A stretch of DNA of 64,000 bases from Mytilus trossulus (GCF_036588685.1 NC_086374.1:13888001-13952000); one strand, 5' to 3'. Shown: positions 1-14,500, numbered from the stretch's first letter. Notes: generated by a model not told the origin, from the letters alone. Numbers and translations: made by a program.

Positions 1-1799
1 GACTTTTTCAGTTGCATGCCTCCTTCTACTCAATCAAAGAGAAGACACAGGTACAGAGGTCATGTGCAGTACATGCTGTTGACATTTACTTGTCTGGTCC
101 ATGTGAGGAATGACAGAATATTCACCATATTGACTTTGGGCAGTATTTGGAAGATAGAAAAATATATTATGAATCTGCACTGCTATGCGAGCATCCAACG
201 ACGAATGCAGAAAATAACACATGCTTCACTTTTTCGTGACTCGAGAAGACCTAAGAGAAATAGTCCTTCGTCAGCCGTTGGTAAGCTTCACCAGAGGAAA
301 ACGGTTCAAATATCAGATATGAGTTTGCAAGGCAGGTTAAAAGGGTATTCCTATTTCAACCACATTTGTTCATCATGCCAACTGAAGGGAAGCGGTAGAA
401 ATCACGAAAGACACCCAACAAGCATTAGCCATGTATGTAAACATAAGGCTCATCAAAGTCGCCTTTACTTGTTCAGAACCATTCAGCATTTCAAGTTGGA
501 CACCCTACACATAAATTTAAAACTTTCAAAGAAATTACACGAAGCCTACAATAATAATTCTTTATAAGCAACAACTTTTCAATTAAAAACCCACATAAAC
601 TCATCTTCGAATACCAAGATTAGAACTGTGAAAGTCAGATATGCGATTCTTCTACAAAAGAATCAACAGAGACGCTTCTATCAAAACGATAAAATGCCAA
701 GATAGAGAACTTGTCTCAAAAAAATTAACCACGTCACAAGTAACACTGCGGTCCACTGTTGTAGGTAATGACTTTTTGGGAGTTTAATATATTAGTCTGT
801 ATTTAATCTGGTCGGTGCGTTTTTGTCAAGGTTTTATTCATCAACTTTATTTTAGATATTGTTGAATTTTCTTCCTATTTATATGTTCAGTTTTCCCACT
901 ATGTTATTAGATTGGCAAATAGAATAATCATCAACACCTGCTATTTTGTTCTTGCTCTGTCTAGAGCAATGCATTGGTAACACATACTGTAACAGTAGAG
1001 AATTATATGGAAGATTCCATGTGCCAGTGACATGTACAGCCAATGAAAATAACACTTTATAATAAATGAATTTATAATATCATTTTATGGGATAGTATAT
1101 ATGTTATACAAAAAGTTTGCTATTTATTAATTATTTAACCGATTTTAATTTATCTAATTTTTCGTAAATTTTAAGACAAAATCAGCTTATTTCTAGAAAA
1201 TTTAAAAATAAAAATAAACTCGAAAACCAAGTATTACAATGAAGCTATAATTCCTCTTTATTTGTAGACATTTCGATTGTACAATCAAAATCAATTAATA
1301 AGCTCTCATGGTGACCGACAACGGTGGTTTACAGCGCTTTAATGCTGTCATTCAGATAACCAATGTGGCTGAAATTCAATTTTAGAAGCTTTTTATTTTT
1401 TTACTTGGCATTTTTTTAACTATCCGTGTCACATTATGTTTATTTCACTGGACAAAGATTCCACTTCATTGCATTATCTCGATTATTAAGTTCCTATTGG
1501 TGTCCATGTTAATATGGTATACCTTTCTTCACAAAATTTCCTTTGAAATTGTCAATATGTGTGATATCTAATATGTAAAAGTAAAATGATAAATTGCTTT
1601 GAAACAAGATTACAGATTGGTTCAATTGCTAATTGAATAACGAAGGAGCCAGCTACATCAGACATTTAAAACAATTTAGGTGAAAAGTATATTGCTGTCT
1701 TCTATAGGGAAGCAGGTATATGATTTGCTTGGTAATTCAACCATGTTTATAAATCTTTTATTAAATCTTTATTTGGAAATTGTTTGCTACGAATATTTT

Positions 1800-2420
1800 A
1801 GTCTTCGAACATAAAACTGCAATCCCAGTCTCAAGCAGCAAAATCTAAAATAATTGCTTAGACAAAGAATTTCATCTCGCAACTTGGTTCAAATCTGGGG
1901 CAACAACTGAAGTCCTGTTTAACTTGATCAGAACAGAACTAGAATTGAAAAGGGCATCAAAAGACACCACCACATAATTATTTAAATCTTGTCTGGGACA
2001 AGCGATCTCCAGACAAAGAAGGGGAAACATCATATTGAACTCTACAATAACAGGGCTACTAAAATTATAGAAGATTAATACAAAAGACGTATAACTATTG
2101 CTAGCAATTATCAACATGCTGAAATATAATTGATTAATTGTCCACTCATACCTATATCAAACTGAAACAAGAACAAAGGATATTAAAGATCAGAAACATA
2201 CATGTTGAGGACTTCCTAGTGACCAAACAAAAATACAGGACTTAAACGGTATAATATACGAACTTAACAGCAGACTCAGTAAAACATCAGTAAAAACAAG
2301 GAAATACATTTTAGATGGCGCAAGAAAAGGAAGGAACAAACACGTTAATTGATCAACCTGTCAAGTAACAACAAAGACGGCTAAGTCTAGTCATTACTAA
2401 GAACATATTGCTTTACAAAT
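1800..2420 (+). pseudogene. Degraded LINE ORF1, SGNH/esterase-like
   Basis: Broken frames give 'LATWFKSGATTE', 'ILSGTSDLQTKKGK' and 'LNGIIYELN', resembling mollusc LINE ORF1 SGNH-like proteins; it lies upstream of the RT fragment on the same strand. Confidence 0.4.
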
Positions 2421-3121
2421 ACACCGAAAGCTTCAATTTAGATCAAAAATCTTGATTCATACAAATCAACAAAAATTGAACAAGAGGAATTAGACAAATA
2501 CACCACACACAACCATATTTTACCTTCGATACTTGGACGTTTAAAATGATTGAAAAGAACATACATGTATAGACTCAGCTTGAAACATCCTTCATCTTGC
2601 AAGTACCGTAAGTATATGATAGACGATCATGCTTACACTCACTCTTTGGAAAAGACAAGCTTTTACTGCACATCAAGTAAAAGTTTCAGTAATAAGAGTA
2701 CACATATACTCATCGTACCCTTCCTGGGTGGCATTGAGAAAAACTCAGGACATAAAAGATAACGATTTCCATGGACGATAAGCAAGTAATCATGTAAACA
2801 CAATCCAAAGATTTTTTACGACTGTAACAAGTGGACACTGCATTGGAATGTCGACCTATAAATGCATCACCCTAAGCAAAAGCGAAGACACGATGACTTA
2901 CCAATTTGGCAAACCAAACCACTTCATCAAAAATATGTTTCATACCGAATGGCGATGACAGCAAGCACCCATCATTAAATATTTTAAGCTATCCAGTATT
3001 GGCAGACAGTATATCAGAAACATCAATGTCATCAATATCAGGATCAATCTTTAACTCACCATCATTTATTTTAAAACCAATAAATGAATTCGCTCCTTCA
3101 TGCATAACAGGAAACAGAGCG

Positions 3122-3450
3122 TAATACTAGAAGGGTCTGTTTCCACATAAGTACCAGTACCCTCTGGTGTACCCCAATGCACAGTTTTGGACCATTACTG
3201 TTCCTAACATAAATTAACGACACGCCAGAAACAGCATCAATAGCAGAGATAATGATTTTTGCGGATGACAACCTACTATTTCGAACAATCACGAAAACAA
3301 ACAAAGCAGACAGTCAACGTCTCCGGAAATAAAAACCGCTAGTGGAATACTGAAAAAAAAAACAAATGGCAAAGTCATGTCAATTCCCAAAAAACTGCCT
3401 TGTCATAAAAATATCACGGAAAAAATCGACCAGTGATACAAACAACATAT
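3122..3450 (+). mobile_element. CR1/L2-type LINE reverse transcriptase fragment (pseudogenised)
   Basis: Translates to 'VPSGVPQCTVLGPLLFLT*INDTP...IMIFADDNLLFRTI' (GVPQG-LGPLLF and FADD motifs). Confidence 0.9.
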
Positions 3451-4269
3451 AAACTGCACTTTGAGTAAAGACATGTTTTCCAAATTATTTAAAGATTAGT
3501 GGGATTATTACTTTAGTTAGCATGGCTAAAGCCAAACTCAATGACATTCCGTAAGGGATGACTACACTGTATCAAGAGCGCGGTGCACTTGATTCAGAAG
3601 AACATATGGTCATTGAAGAAAATGAAAGTTTTACCACAGAGGCGGTAGAAACTTAAAAGGTAGTAGAGTCTGTGTGCTCTTCTCACAAGGCGAGGAGAAA
3701 TATCTCTTTTCGATAAGATGATGAGATGTTGTTGGTCGAGGGGACAGACGAAGATGTCAGACAGACCTAGTCTGACTTAGATACCAAAAACTCAAAACGG
3801 AAATGGGACGATTCCGTACCTTACAGAAAAGTTTTTTCAGCAGGGGGCCCAAAAACAACCTGCAGTCTGTGGGAGGCAGACAAGCTCTTTATCCACCAGT
3901 TTCAGGGAAGAGACCTTGGCAGGGAAGCAAGTCACAGAACAGACAGGGGACTGTTATGGTCAGAGCCAGAATCAGACCCAGACCCAACTTCAGAACAACT
4001 AAGTGTTCAAGAAACCTGCAAACCGATTGAACGGAACAGAATGAGATGAATGGACATGTATATGACTGGTATTCCAAACAATTATTACAGTATTGTGGAA
4101 GTGTTGTGGAATATAATATAAAGAACATTTATATACAATTTTTTCGTGGACTATAAAGAAATCACTGACTTTACCGTGTATACTTTGTGAAATATTTTGA
4201 TGTACATTTAATAATACAAATGATTATTTTCAAAATAAAGAAAACAAAAAAAACTGCATGGCCATACTA

Positions 4270-4870
4270 TAGACACTATTAAAGCTAGCAGTAACAATTG
4301 ACAACAACCTAACCTGGGATAAACACATAGATAATACAGTTGACAAAGATAATATAACTTTATAATTAATACGCAGAAATTTTAAAGTCTGTACAAAACA
4401 TGTACAGGTAGCTGCATATCTATACATGGTAAAACAGGTTGTTGAATATGCATGCACAGCATGGGACCCAACAACCCAAGATAAGATCAAGGCAATAGAA
4501 CAGGTACAGAAAACAGCAGCATGCTTGTGAATAACAACTACTCAAACCATACACCTAGCTGTGTCACAACAAATGTAAAACTCTAAAATTGGAAAGCCTC
4601 GAAGAGCGGAAGAAAAAAAACAGGCTACGCATGCTATTCAAGGTCCAGCTTGATCTTATAGACATAGACCGTCACCAATATTTGACCCCAAATGATAACC
4701 TAACCACCAGTAAACAGCGCTTCCAGCAAAGAAATAAATGTACAGATGCCTACGACCATTCTTTCTAACCGAAGGACCACCAGGGATTGGAACAATTTAC
4801 AAAACACAGTTTATTTACTGTTATATCGGCCAAAACAGTTATGGGATTCAGGACCGCTCTTTGGACGGAA
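4270..4870 (+). mobile_element. Continuation and 3' end of the same LINE ORF2
   Basis: 'LAVTIDNNLTWDKHID...VVEYACTAWDP...IEQVQKTAA...RTTRDWNNL' is the typical CR1/L2 C-terminus; separated from the RT part by an ~800 bp unrelated insertion. Confidence 0.85.
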
Positions 4871-6511
4871 GTAGATAAAATCAGTTGTACATGATAATAG
4901 TTGTGTTGCATTGAGAACGTTTTAAGAGAAAACGTTCTGTGTTGCTGTCACTGTACAAGGTTTTCGCGCGGAAACATTCACATTCAGTTTTAAATCCGGA
5001 TCCTTACCTAGACGAACCCAACCCTGTCCCTTTTCAAGTATGCCTTCCCAATACAGGAACCTGAAAATTTAGTGGTGGTGAATAGTTTGTGGCCTGACAT
5101 ATTTTTTCGTAATATTTTTATTTTGTAAGACATATAAAAAGTAGAATCACAAATATACTGACTTCCGAGGAAAATTCAAAACGGAAAGTCACTAAACAAA
5201 TGGCAGAATAAAAAAACCTCAACACATCAAACGAATGGATAACAACTGTCATATTCCTGACTTGGAACAGGCATATAAAGGAACTCTATCTGCAATGATT
5301 TCTTGCATTCAAAGATATGACTTGAACCAAATTAAATATTGAAAACGTTCATGTAGTTTTTCTTTCGGACTTATTCATAATTAATTTCCATAGGAATAGT
5401 GTTACAACAAATTATTACATGTTTTTATTCGGACTTTTGTCTATATGAGTAGAAATGGGATTCCGAAAAAAGTCTGTCGGTAATATTTTAAAACGTACGT
5501 TGTATACAGTTTAAAATCATCATCCTTCTTACGAAAAACATTTAGCATTAAGGTTACTAAACATGAACGTTTTTTTGTTGTTATGAAACTGACTTTTTTC
5601 TATGGAGGAAAAAATCTGACGAGCATGTTCCAAGTGCGTTTTGCATTCAAATGAAAAGTATTAATAGTTTAAATTACAGTACCATTTACGACAAATAAAC
5701 TGTTTATACTGGTCTTTACAAATTCAAATTTCAAATCTTTAAGAAAATGAAATGCCGCCAATCACATAAAGGAATTCCACTGAAAATGCGAAACAAGCTT
5801 TACATTTCTTGGATAAAGAAAATATACAGCAATCGAAAAGTTATATAGAATTTTAGGCTTGCCTTGTGTTGATCATTAAGTAAATGTTAACTTTTGACCA
5901 ACATGTATATGAAGTCAAAAATCACACATGATGATCTAATCACAGCTCAAGGCGTCAAATACATATGTACTTTAACTAGGTAAACATTGACCATTCAAAG
6001 CTACTGATTTTTACATACCATTATTGTATTGAGGTGTTTGATGTTATGATTATAGACAGGTAGATATAAGTACATGTCAATAAAACTTTTTAAATTTTTA
6101 TGTCAACTTACGATCTTTTGTATTCACACGTATATAAAAAAAAATCCAATTGAAAAACCATAAACAAAAAAATCTATGACACATCTAAACTTGACAAACC
6201 TTTTTGGCATATGACAAAGACTTGAAAAGGTGCAGAATGGCAATTTAACCCTCTATACAAAATAGCAATTAACTTCTGATGACGTTTAACCTTCTTCAAT
6301 TATATATTCATCTGTTCTCATGACAGTCTTAGTTAAAAAAAACACTCTAACTTTGAAACTAACAATGCTAACTGTGTCGAATGTGACAACATGCTACATT
6401 TTAAGAAATCAAGCAAAGACAGAAATTGATGTCTTACTAAGCAGACTATTTACAAAATCATATTTAAAAGTTTTCTCTGTCTGATTTAAAAGTTCCTTCG
6501 TAGCATTTGTT

Positions 6512-7095
6512 GTTTGCGTTTACACTCAGTAGGGCAACACGTAGCACTCAATTCACAAATCGTATAAAACACTTAACACTATTCGTTCGCGTACTCACTC
6601 AGTAAGTCAACACATATATCGGTAATTCACAAATCCGATACAACACGTACATTTTTGTTCGCATGTACACTCAGTAGAGAAACACATTTCAAAGTGCGGC
6701 GCTTATTCGTTAGTTCTCCATTACCAAGTCATGTACAATACGCGACACTCCGCGTATACACCCATTAGGGCATCGCTTAGCACTCAAATCACAAAACCTA
6801 CACAACACTTAAAACACTTCGTTTGAGTCTTCACTTAAAAGTGCAACACGCAGTTCTTAATCACAAATCATACACAACACGTAACACTTCTTTCGCGTAC
6901 ATACTCAGTAGGGGAACGCGTAAGGTAAGGTAACACTTCATTCACAAATTCTTTACAACACGTAAATCACTTCGATCGCGTACACACTCAGTAGGATAAC
7001 ATATAGCACTTCATTCACAAATCTTTTACAAAACGTAACATTTCGTCCGCGCATCATGAACACTAATCAACGCGTTATACTTTCAAGCAACGCGT
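6512..7095 (+). repeat. Degenerate ~61 bp minisatellite, about 9 units (second copy ~14043-14627)
   Basis: Recurring 'cgcgtacacactcagtagggcaacacgtagcact..ttcacaaat..tacaacacgtaacacttcgtt'. Confidence 0.85.
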
Positions 7096-7176
7096 TGCAA
7101 TTGAATTATTGAACATACAAAGCTAAATTGATTGCAGTGTTCAGTCCGAATAAAAGCTGCTCCTATATATATCTTT

Positions 7177-7359
7177 TTTTGTATTTTTTGTATTTGTTAA
7201 ATAGATATATATTTGTATATATAGTGTCTCATAAGCCTTTCTACGCTGGGTATTTGTCTTATTTTATTATTGTGCAATGTATATTATATAAACTGTATAA
7301 ACAATCTGTAGACAAGTATGTGACACTTTAATAAAATAAATCATTATTATTATTATTAT
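7177..7359 (+). mobile_element. 5'-truncated LINE 3' UTR with (ATT)n tail (duplicated in copy 2)
   Basis: AATAAA followed by an (ATT)6 tail; flanked by a direct repeat 'tatatcttt' at 7168-7176 and 7360-7368. Confidence 0.6.
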
Positions 7360-9769
7360 TATATCTTTGATTGAAAACATGATTCTTGAAATAGCTGTGT
7401 TAGAACTCTGCAGTCGTAAATGAAAAACACTATTACATTTGATTTCAATCTTTTAACGTATTTCTTTTAAAAACGGTACCAATTTTGTTAAAAATACGCT
7501 CATATATATGAATTTGTAAGAAATTAATATGTGAATGTGATTCAAAACATCCTTTTTGGAAATTGCTATTGTACATAGATTCTGATGAATCTTTTTTGGA
7601 AGTTTATTAAATCAGAAGCACATTGACATATTTGTAATTTGACCGTCCTCCCTTTAACTTTTACATTCACTTTATAAACAAAATTTATTTTAGATATTTG
7701 AATTTAATTTATATCAATCAGATTGAAGTGCCGGTCTTAATAACTGTAAATGTCTTGTAGATGTTTTTATATCATCAATGGATACATGTGTACCTTTATT
7801 CATTTTTACATATGAAAAAAACCCGTTTTTCTTCTCAAAGACGATAATGTGTATTGGTTGGTGTGAATGGTAGTGGCAGAAACATCAAATATTTTACTAG
7901 GGTTTTATTTCGATGCTATTGAAGTTGAAATACACAATAATGGAATAGATAAAAACAGACAAAACTAATAATTCGTCTACCTTTCAAAATATTCGCACTA
8001 TATAATTATTGCGGACTATATATTTAAAAATCGAATATTTTTAAAAGTGGGATTGCCAAAAGTAATTTTTGCAAAAACATTTTGCGTCATTAGACTAGCC
8101 AATCCCGTGGCATTTTTTTTAAAGGTTTGATTTTGTATAAAACAAACATAGTGTTCCGTAATTGAAAAAAATAAATGCACATCGTCACAAAAAGCTCCTA
8201 CCTTACTGTCATTCCTTGATACTATCCTGTTAAAATATTCACTGACTTTGTCAATATTTTAATATTAAGATCTACTTCAATTGGAATTTATTATGCGCAT
8301 ACAAAATATGTATGTGATTGAACTATGACACCAAACCATTATTGACTTATATTGAAAGTTTTGAACAAAGAATGTGTGTAAGTTTTAAAACTTTTGTATA
8401 AACAGTTACCTTACGTGAACAAGATGATAAGTTTGGTCTTTGTATGTTATGTTTGCCTTTTTAATTGTCCCTTTTCTAATTGGAACAGTTCGTCATTGAT
8501 CTTATTGAAACAACTTATTGAAGAATTTTACACTTACATGAATTGAAATGAAAATAGATATTGAAAATTCAATCACCACATACTTTTGATAAGGAATATA
8601 TCTTTGTTTAAACAAAAATATGGACTATTATTTTCGCAATGTTTAAAACATCAATAAATGGTCTGACGTTTAAACCAAAGTTACACATTGATGTGTAACA
8701 AGTACTCTGACGATCTCAAATAACCCAACTGACACTGACAACCAAGTTTTTTTTTGTTACATATACGATATCGATATTTTTCAAAATGATGAATTTGACA
8801 AATTTAAAGCAAATCTTACTTTCAGAATAAGAGTAACCCAATGAAGAAAATGTGCAATGACTTATAATCATAAATATAATTTAAAAATTCAGCTTTACTC
8901 ATTACATGTTCTTTTATTTTTAGAACATTAATTGGAATAGGAAAGATACGGGACAAAGAATTGATATGGGGATTGGGTATATCGTATTATAATGTATTGA
9001 GATAATCATTTTTGGTTAACTTAACAATTCAAAAGCATCGCAAGCAGACGTTTTTTGGGGGGTGAGACATTTTAGCCAAGAAAACCTTTTTTAAGAACAC
9101 AAAAGATTTAGTGCTAAGTTACCACTATACATTGCAAGGATGTTAAAGCATCATAAAGGACAAAAAAAAAAAACCTTTTGACTTTGAATTGCCCCTTAAA
9201 ACTATTCGATAAAATTTTAGGAGAGAAGAAAAGAAGTGCCAAGCTCTTTACCATGACATTTGGAAGCCCAAGTACTGATTTTTCTATCAAAGACATACAC
9301 AAATGTTTGTATCGTTTTTAAAAGCATCCGTTAGATAATACTTTCTAATTTAAGTGAAAAAAAACAACCATGACTTTTAATGTTAAACGTCACCACAATT
9401 TTAAAACAATTTTTAGTTTTGTTTTAAAACCAATGTATCTGTCTAACGAGAAAATAATATTTTCTTAGTAATTTTCTCTGTATATGCAAATCCTTCTGTT
9501 ATACATATTTCCACTGAGGGATAGATAAAATGAGTTCATCTAATTTGTTTCAGTGTAACTTTAGGGTTTACATTACAGTCATGCATCTGAATGCTTTCTT
9601 TCATATAACTAATTTTATGATTTTGTAAATCATTTAATCTAGGTTAAGTTTAATGTTAAAACAATTATAAAATATATAACCTTTATGTCTTTAATTATAA
9701 AAGCGACAAAAAATAGTATTCTATCGCACGTCTGGATTGGGAACCAGTTTGTCTTTGACTTATGAAAAA

Positions 9770-11580
9770 GAAAACGTGGTATAATTGCCATTTAGACAAA
9801 TCTCCACAAGTGACCAAATGACACGGAAATTTACAATTTTAGGTCATCGTACGACCTTCAACAATGAACAAAACCTAGTCGGCTATGAAAGGCCCTGGAA
9901 TCAAAAGTGTAAAACAATTCAAATGAGAAAACTAACGTGGGGTAGATGTGTTTGGTGTTTCTGATTCAGATTCTTCCATGGATGCTGGTCTATCTCTGTT
10001 AGATTCTTCACTGGCACTAGGAGCTCGTCCTATGTTCTATTTTTGGGGAAAATATGAAATATAACTTTGATGATTAGTTTTATTCTACAATCAATTCAAA
10101 CTTTATTATTAGCAAACAAATCTAACCTTCAACGAATATATATATGATGAAATAAATATTAAAAAAAATTTCCAAACAAAAATATGTTTACCCTTCTAAA
10201 AATGGGTTTGTTTAAGAATGTGTCCATAGTACACGGATGACCCAATCGCACTATCATTTTCTATGTTCAGTGGACCGTGAAATTTGGGTCAAAACTTAAA
10301 TTTGGAATTAAAATTAGAAAGATCATATCATAGGGAACATGTACTAAGTTTCAAGTTGATGTAACTTTAACTTCATCAAAAACTACCCCGACAATTTTTT
10401 TTAACCTGAACTTCGAACTATCATTTTCTATGTTCAGTGGACCATGAAATTGGGGTCAAAACTATAATTTTGCATCAAAATTAGAAAGATCATATCATGG
10501 AGAACAGGTGTATTAAGTTTCAAGTTGATTGGACTTCAGCTTCATCAAAAACTACCTTGAACAAAAAACTTTAACCTGAAACGAACGGACGCACGAAGGG
10601 ACGGACGAACGAACGAACGGAGGCACAGACCAGAAAACACAATGCCCCTCTCCTATCGAAGGTAGGGAATAGAAAAAAATAAAAAAATAAGATATGTAAC
10701 ACAGCAACAAACGACAACCATAGGATATGACAGGCACATACATACAGAATGTGGCGAGGTTTAACATGATAGCCGAATCCCAACCATCCCCAAACCTGGG
10801 ACAGTGGTGTTAAAAGTAAAATCACAAAAATACTGAACTTAGAGGAAAATCAATTCGGAAAGTCCATAATCACATGGCAAAATGAAATAACAAAACGCAT
10901 CAAAAACGAATGTAACAGAGCAGTATAAGAACGAACTATCAAATTCAGTTGAAATCAGATGGATACAAATAGAAATACATTTATTAAAAACACAGAGTGA
11001 ACGTGGCCGGGTACTTGTACATCCCAACAACAAAAAGACACTAAGTACAGAGCTGAGAGTACTCGCAGTCACTAGCAGCTAGTTCAAACCAATAACAATT
11101 AATAATAAAAAAAATCATACATCTAAGACTAAAAAATCAATCAGTACAAATCCTACATCTAATGGATTTAATGTAAAGACGTCATAAACAATCAGAGAAA
11201 AACATAACCTTAAGTGCAATATGAAAAAATGTGGTATAATTGCCAATGAGACAACTATCTACAAGAGACCAAATGACAAAAAAAATAACAATCATAGGTC
11301 ACCTTAAACAATGAGCAAAGCCCATTCTGCATAGTCAGCTATAAATGGTCCCGAAATAGCAAATTTAAAACAATTTAAAATAGAAAACTATTGAATTACA
11401 GGCTCCTGGCTTGAGACAAGCACATACATACATAATGTGTAATAGTATAACAAAAGAACGAACTATAAAAATCAGTTAAAAAAGGCTTAAATCATCATCA
11501 GATGGATACAGATCGAAATACATCTGACAAAAACAGAGTGGACGTGGCCGGGTACTTGTATATCCCAACAACAATGTCAA
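9770..11580 (+). repeat. Cluster of high-copy interspersed repeat fragments flanking the HINE (duplicated in copy 2)
   Basis: Modules 'gtggtataattgccaatgagacaac...', 'aaaagtaaaatcacaaaaatactgaac...' and 'gtggccgggtacttgta' recur at about 5135, 15130-15592(-), 22370(-), 26100, 34790-35270(-), 53490(-), 61575 and 62370-62670(-). Confidence 0.85.
10215..10672 (+). mobile_element. Helentron-associated non-autonomous element (HINE/DINE-like) with two ~170 bp satellite units (copy ~18190-18645)
   Basis: Two tandem units starting 'ctatcattttctatgttcagtggacc', then a GGAC/GAAC microsatellite, a 3' hairpin 'cctctcctatcgaaggtaggg' and an A-rich flank. Confidence 0.75.
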
Positions 11581-14500
11581 CATGTAGGAGTCGACAGTTT
11601 AAAATATAGTATGCATTTAATGTGTCAACAGCTGCTTATCTATTATTATGCTTTCTTGTTTTGTTACCGTCTTGATGGAAAGTTTTTCAAATGAAACTTG
11701 CTGTTTTTCATTTGTTAAATTCAAATTTCAGCTCACGCTTTTTCAAAACTTAATTAATAACACAATTTAATTTTTCAACAAATTCAATGGCATAAGCAAA
11801 CCTCGGTAAACAATCACCTAGCCCACAAAGACAATAGACACTATTTCTATTTTAAGTTAGAACATTTTCATCTCTCTTGAAATTTTGAAGTCCATAAAGA
11901 ATTTTAATTCAAAGAATATAGTCTTTACGAGTTCTTTCACATCAGAGAAACTATAAAAGAAACATGCAATATTCCCACAAAACTTGAGCATCTGAGTTTG
12001 TGATTTATAATACATTTTATAACATTTTTACATTAACGAACAATACTTGTGTTTTATTTTTATTGATTTTGTTTCCTACAAGTATTATCCTGAAAGCTTC
12101 CATTGTGACTACAAGAATAGTAATTCCAACACCAATACAATCATACAAATAACTTTGTTTAAACATCAGATATTAGTAAATCTCTTTGTGCTCTTAAGTG
12201 GCTAAAATTGATATTTAGAGACAAAATTATTTTATATCGGATATAACTTATTTGCAACAGACTACAAAACAGTGATAAACAATAGGACCACCAGGGATTG
12301 GAACAATTTACAAAACACAGTTTATTTACTGTTATATCGGCCAAAACAGTTATGGGATTCAGGACCGCTCTTTGGACGGAAGTAGATAAAATCAGTTGTA
12401 CATGATAATAGTTGTGTTGCATTGAGAACGTTTTAAGAGAAAACTTTCTGTGTTGCTGTCACTGTACAAGGTTTTCGCGCGGAACCATTCACATTCAGTT
12501 TTAAATCCGGATCCTTACCTAGACGAACCCAACCCTGTCCCTTTTCAAGTATGCCTTCCCAATACAGGAACCTGAAAATTTAGTGGTGGTCAATAGTTTG
12601 TGGCCTGACATATTTTTTCGTAATATTTTTATTTTGTAAGACATATAAAAAGTAGAATCACAAATATACTGACTTCCGAGGAAAATTCAAAACGGAAAGT
12701 CACTAATCAAATGGCAGAATAAAAAAACCTCAACACATCAAACGAATGGATAACAACTGTCATATTCCTGACTTGGAACAGGCATATAAAGGAACTTTAT
12801 CTGCAATGATTTCTTGCATTCAAAGATATGACTTGAACCAAATTAAATATTGAAAACGTTAATGTAGTTTTTCTTTCGGACTTATTCATAATAATTTCCA
12901 TAGGAATAGTGTTACAACAAATTATTACATGTTTTTATTCGAACTTTTGTTTATATGAGTAGAAATGGGATTCCGAAAAAAAGTCTGTCGGTAATATTTT
13001 AAAACGTACGTTGTATACAGTTTAAAATCATCATCCTACTTACGAAAAACATTTAGCATTAAGGTTACTAAACATGAACGTTTTTTTGTTGTTATGAAAC
13101 TGACTTTTTTCTATGGAGGAAAAAATCTGGCGAGCATGTTCCAAGTGCGTTTTGCATTCAAATGAAAAGTATTAATAGTTTAAATTACAGTACCATTTAC
13201 GACAAATAAACTGTTTATACTGGTCTTTACAAATTCAAATTTCAAATCTTTAAGAAAATGAAATGCCGCCAATCACATAAAGGAATTCCACTGAAAATGC
13301 GAAACAAGCTTTACATTTCTTGGATAAAGAAAATATACAGCAATCGAAAAGTTATATAGAATTTTAGGCTTGCCTTGTGTTGATCATTAAGTAAATGTTA
13401 ACTTTTGACCAACATGTATATGAAGTCAAAAATCACACATGATGATCTAATCACAGCCCAAGGCGTCAAATGCATATGTACTTTAACTAGGTAAACATTG
13501 ACCATTCAAAGCTACTGATTTTTACATACCATTATTGTATTGAGGTGTTTGATGTTATGATTATAGACAGGTAGATATTAGTACATGTCAATAAAACTTT
13601 TTAAATTTTTATGTCAACTTACGATCTTTTGTATTCACACGTATTTAAAAAAAATCCAATTGAAAAACCATAAACAAAAAAATCTATGACACATCTAAAC
13701 TTGACAAACCTTTTTTTATTTGATAAACCTTTTTTTACATGACAAAGACTTGAAAAGGTGCAGAATGGCAATTTAACCCTCTACACAAAATAGCAATTCA
13801 CTTCTGATGACGTTTAACCCTCTTCAATTATATATTCATCGGTTCAGATGACAGTCTTAGTTAAAAAAAAAAAACACTCTAACTTTGAAACTAACAATGC
13901 TAACTGTGTCGAATGTGACAACATGCTACATTTTAAGAAATCAAGCATAGACAGAAATTGATGTCTTACTAAGCAGACTATTTACAAAATCATATTTAAA
14001 AGTTTTCTCTGTCTGATTTAAAAGTTCCTTCGTAGCATTTGTTGTTTGCGTTTACACTCAGTAGGGCAACACGTAGCACTCAATTCACAAATCGTATAAA
14101 ACACTTAACACTATTCGTTCGCGTACTCACTCAGTAAGTCAACACATATATCGGTAATTCACAAATCCGATACAACACGTACATTTTTGTTCGCATGTAC
14201 ACTCAGTAGAGAAACACATTTCAAAGTGCGGCGCTTATTCGTTAGCTCTCCATTACCAAGTCATGTACAATACGCGACACTCCGCGTATACACCCATTAG
14301 GGCATCGCTTAGCACTCAAATCACAAAACCTACACAACACTTAAAACACTTCGTTTGAGTCTTCACTTAAAAGTGCAACACGCAGTTCTTAATCACAAAT
14401 CATACACAACACGTAACACTTCTTTCGCGTACATACTCAGTAGGGGAACGCGTAAGGTAAGGTAACACTTCATTCACAAATTCTTTACAACACGTAAATC

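Noticed and set aside
6512-7095. CRISPR-like array
   Set aside because: Units are homologous along their whole length with no unique spacers, there are no cas genes, and the context is eukaryotic.
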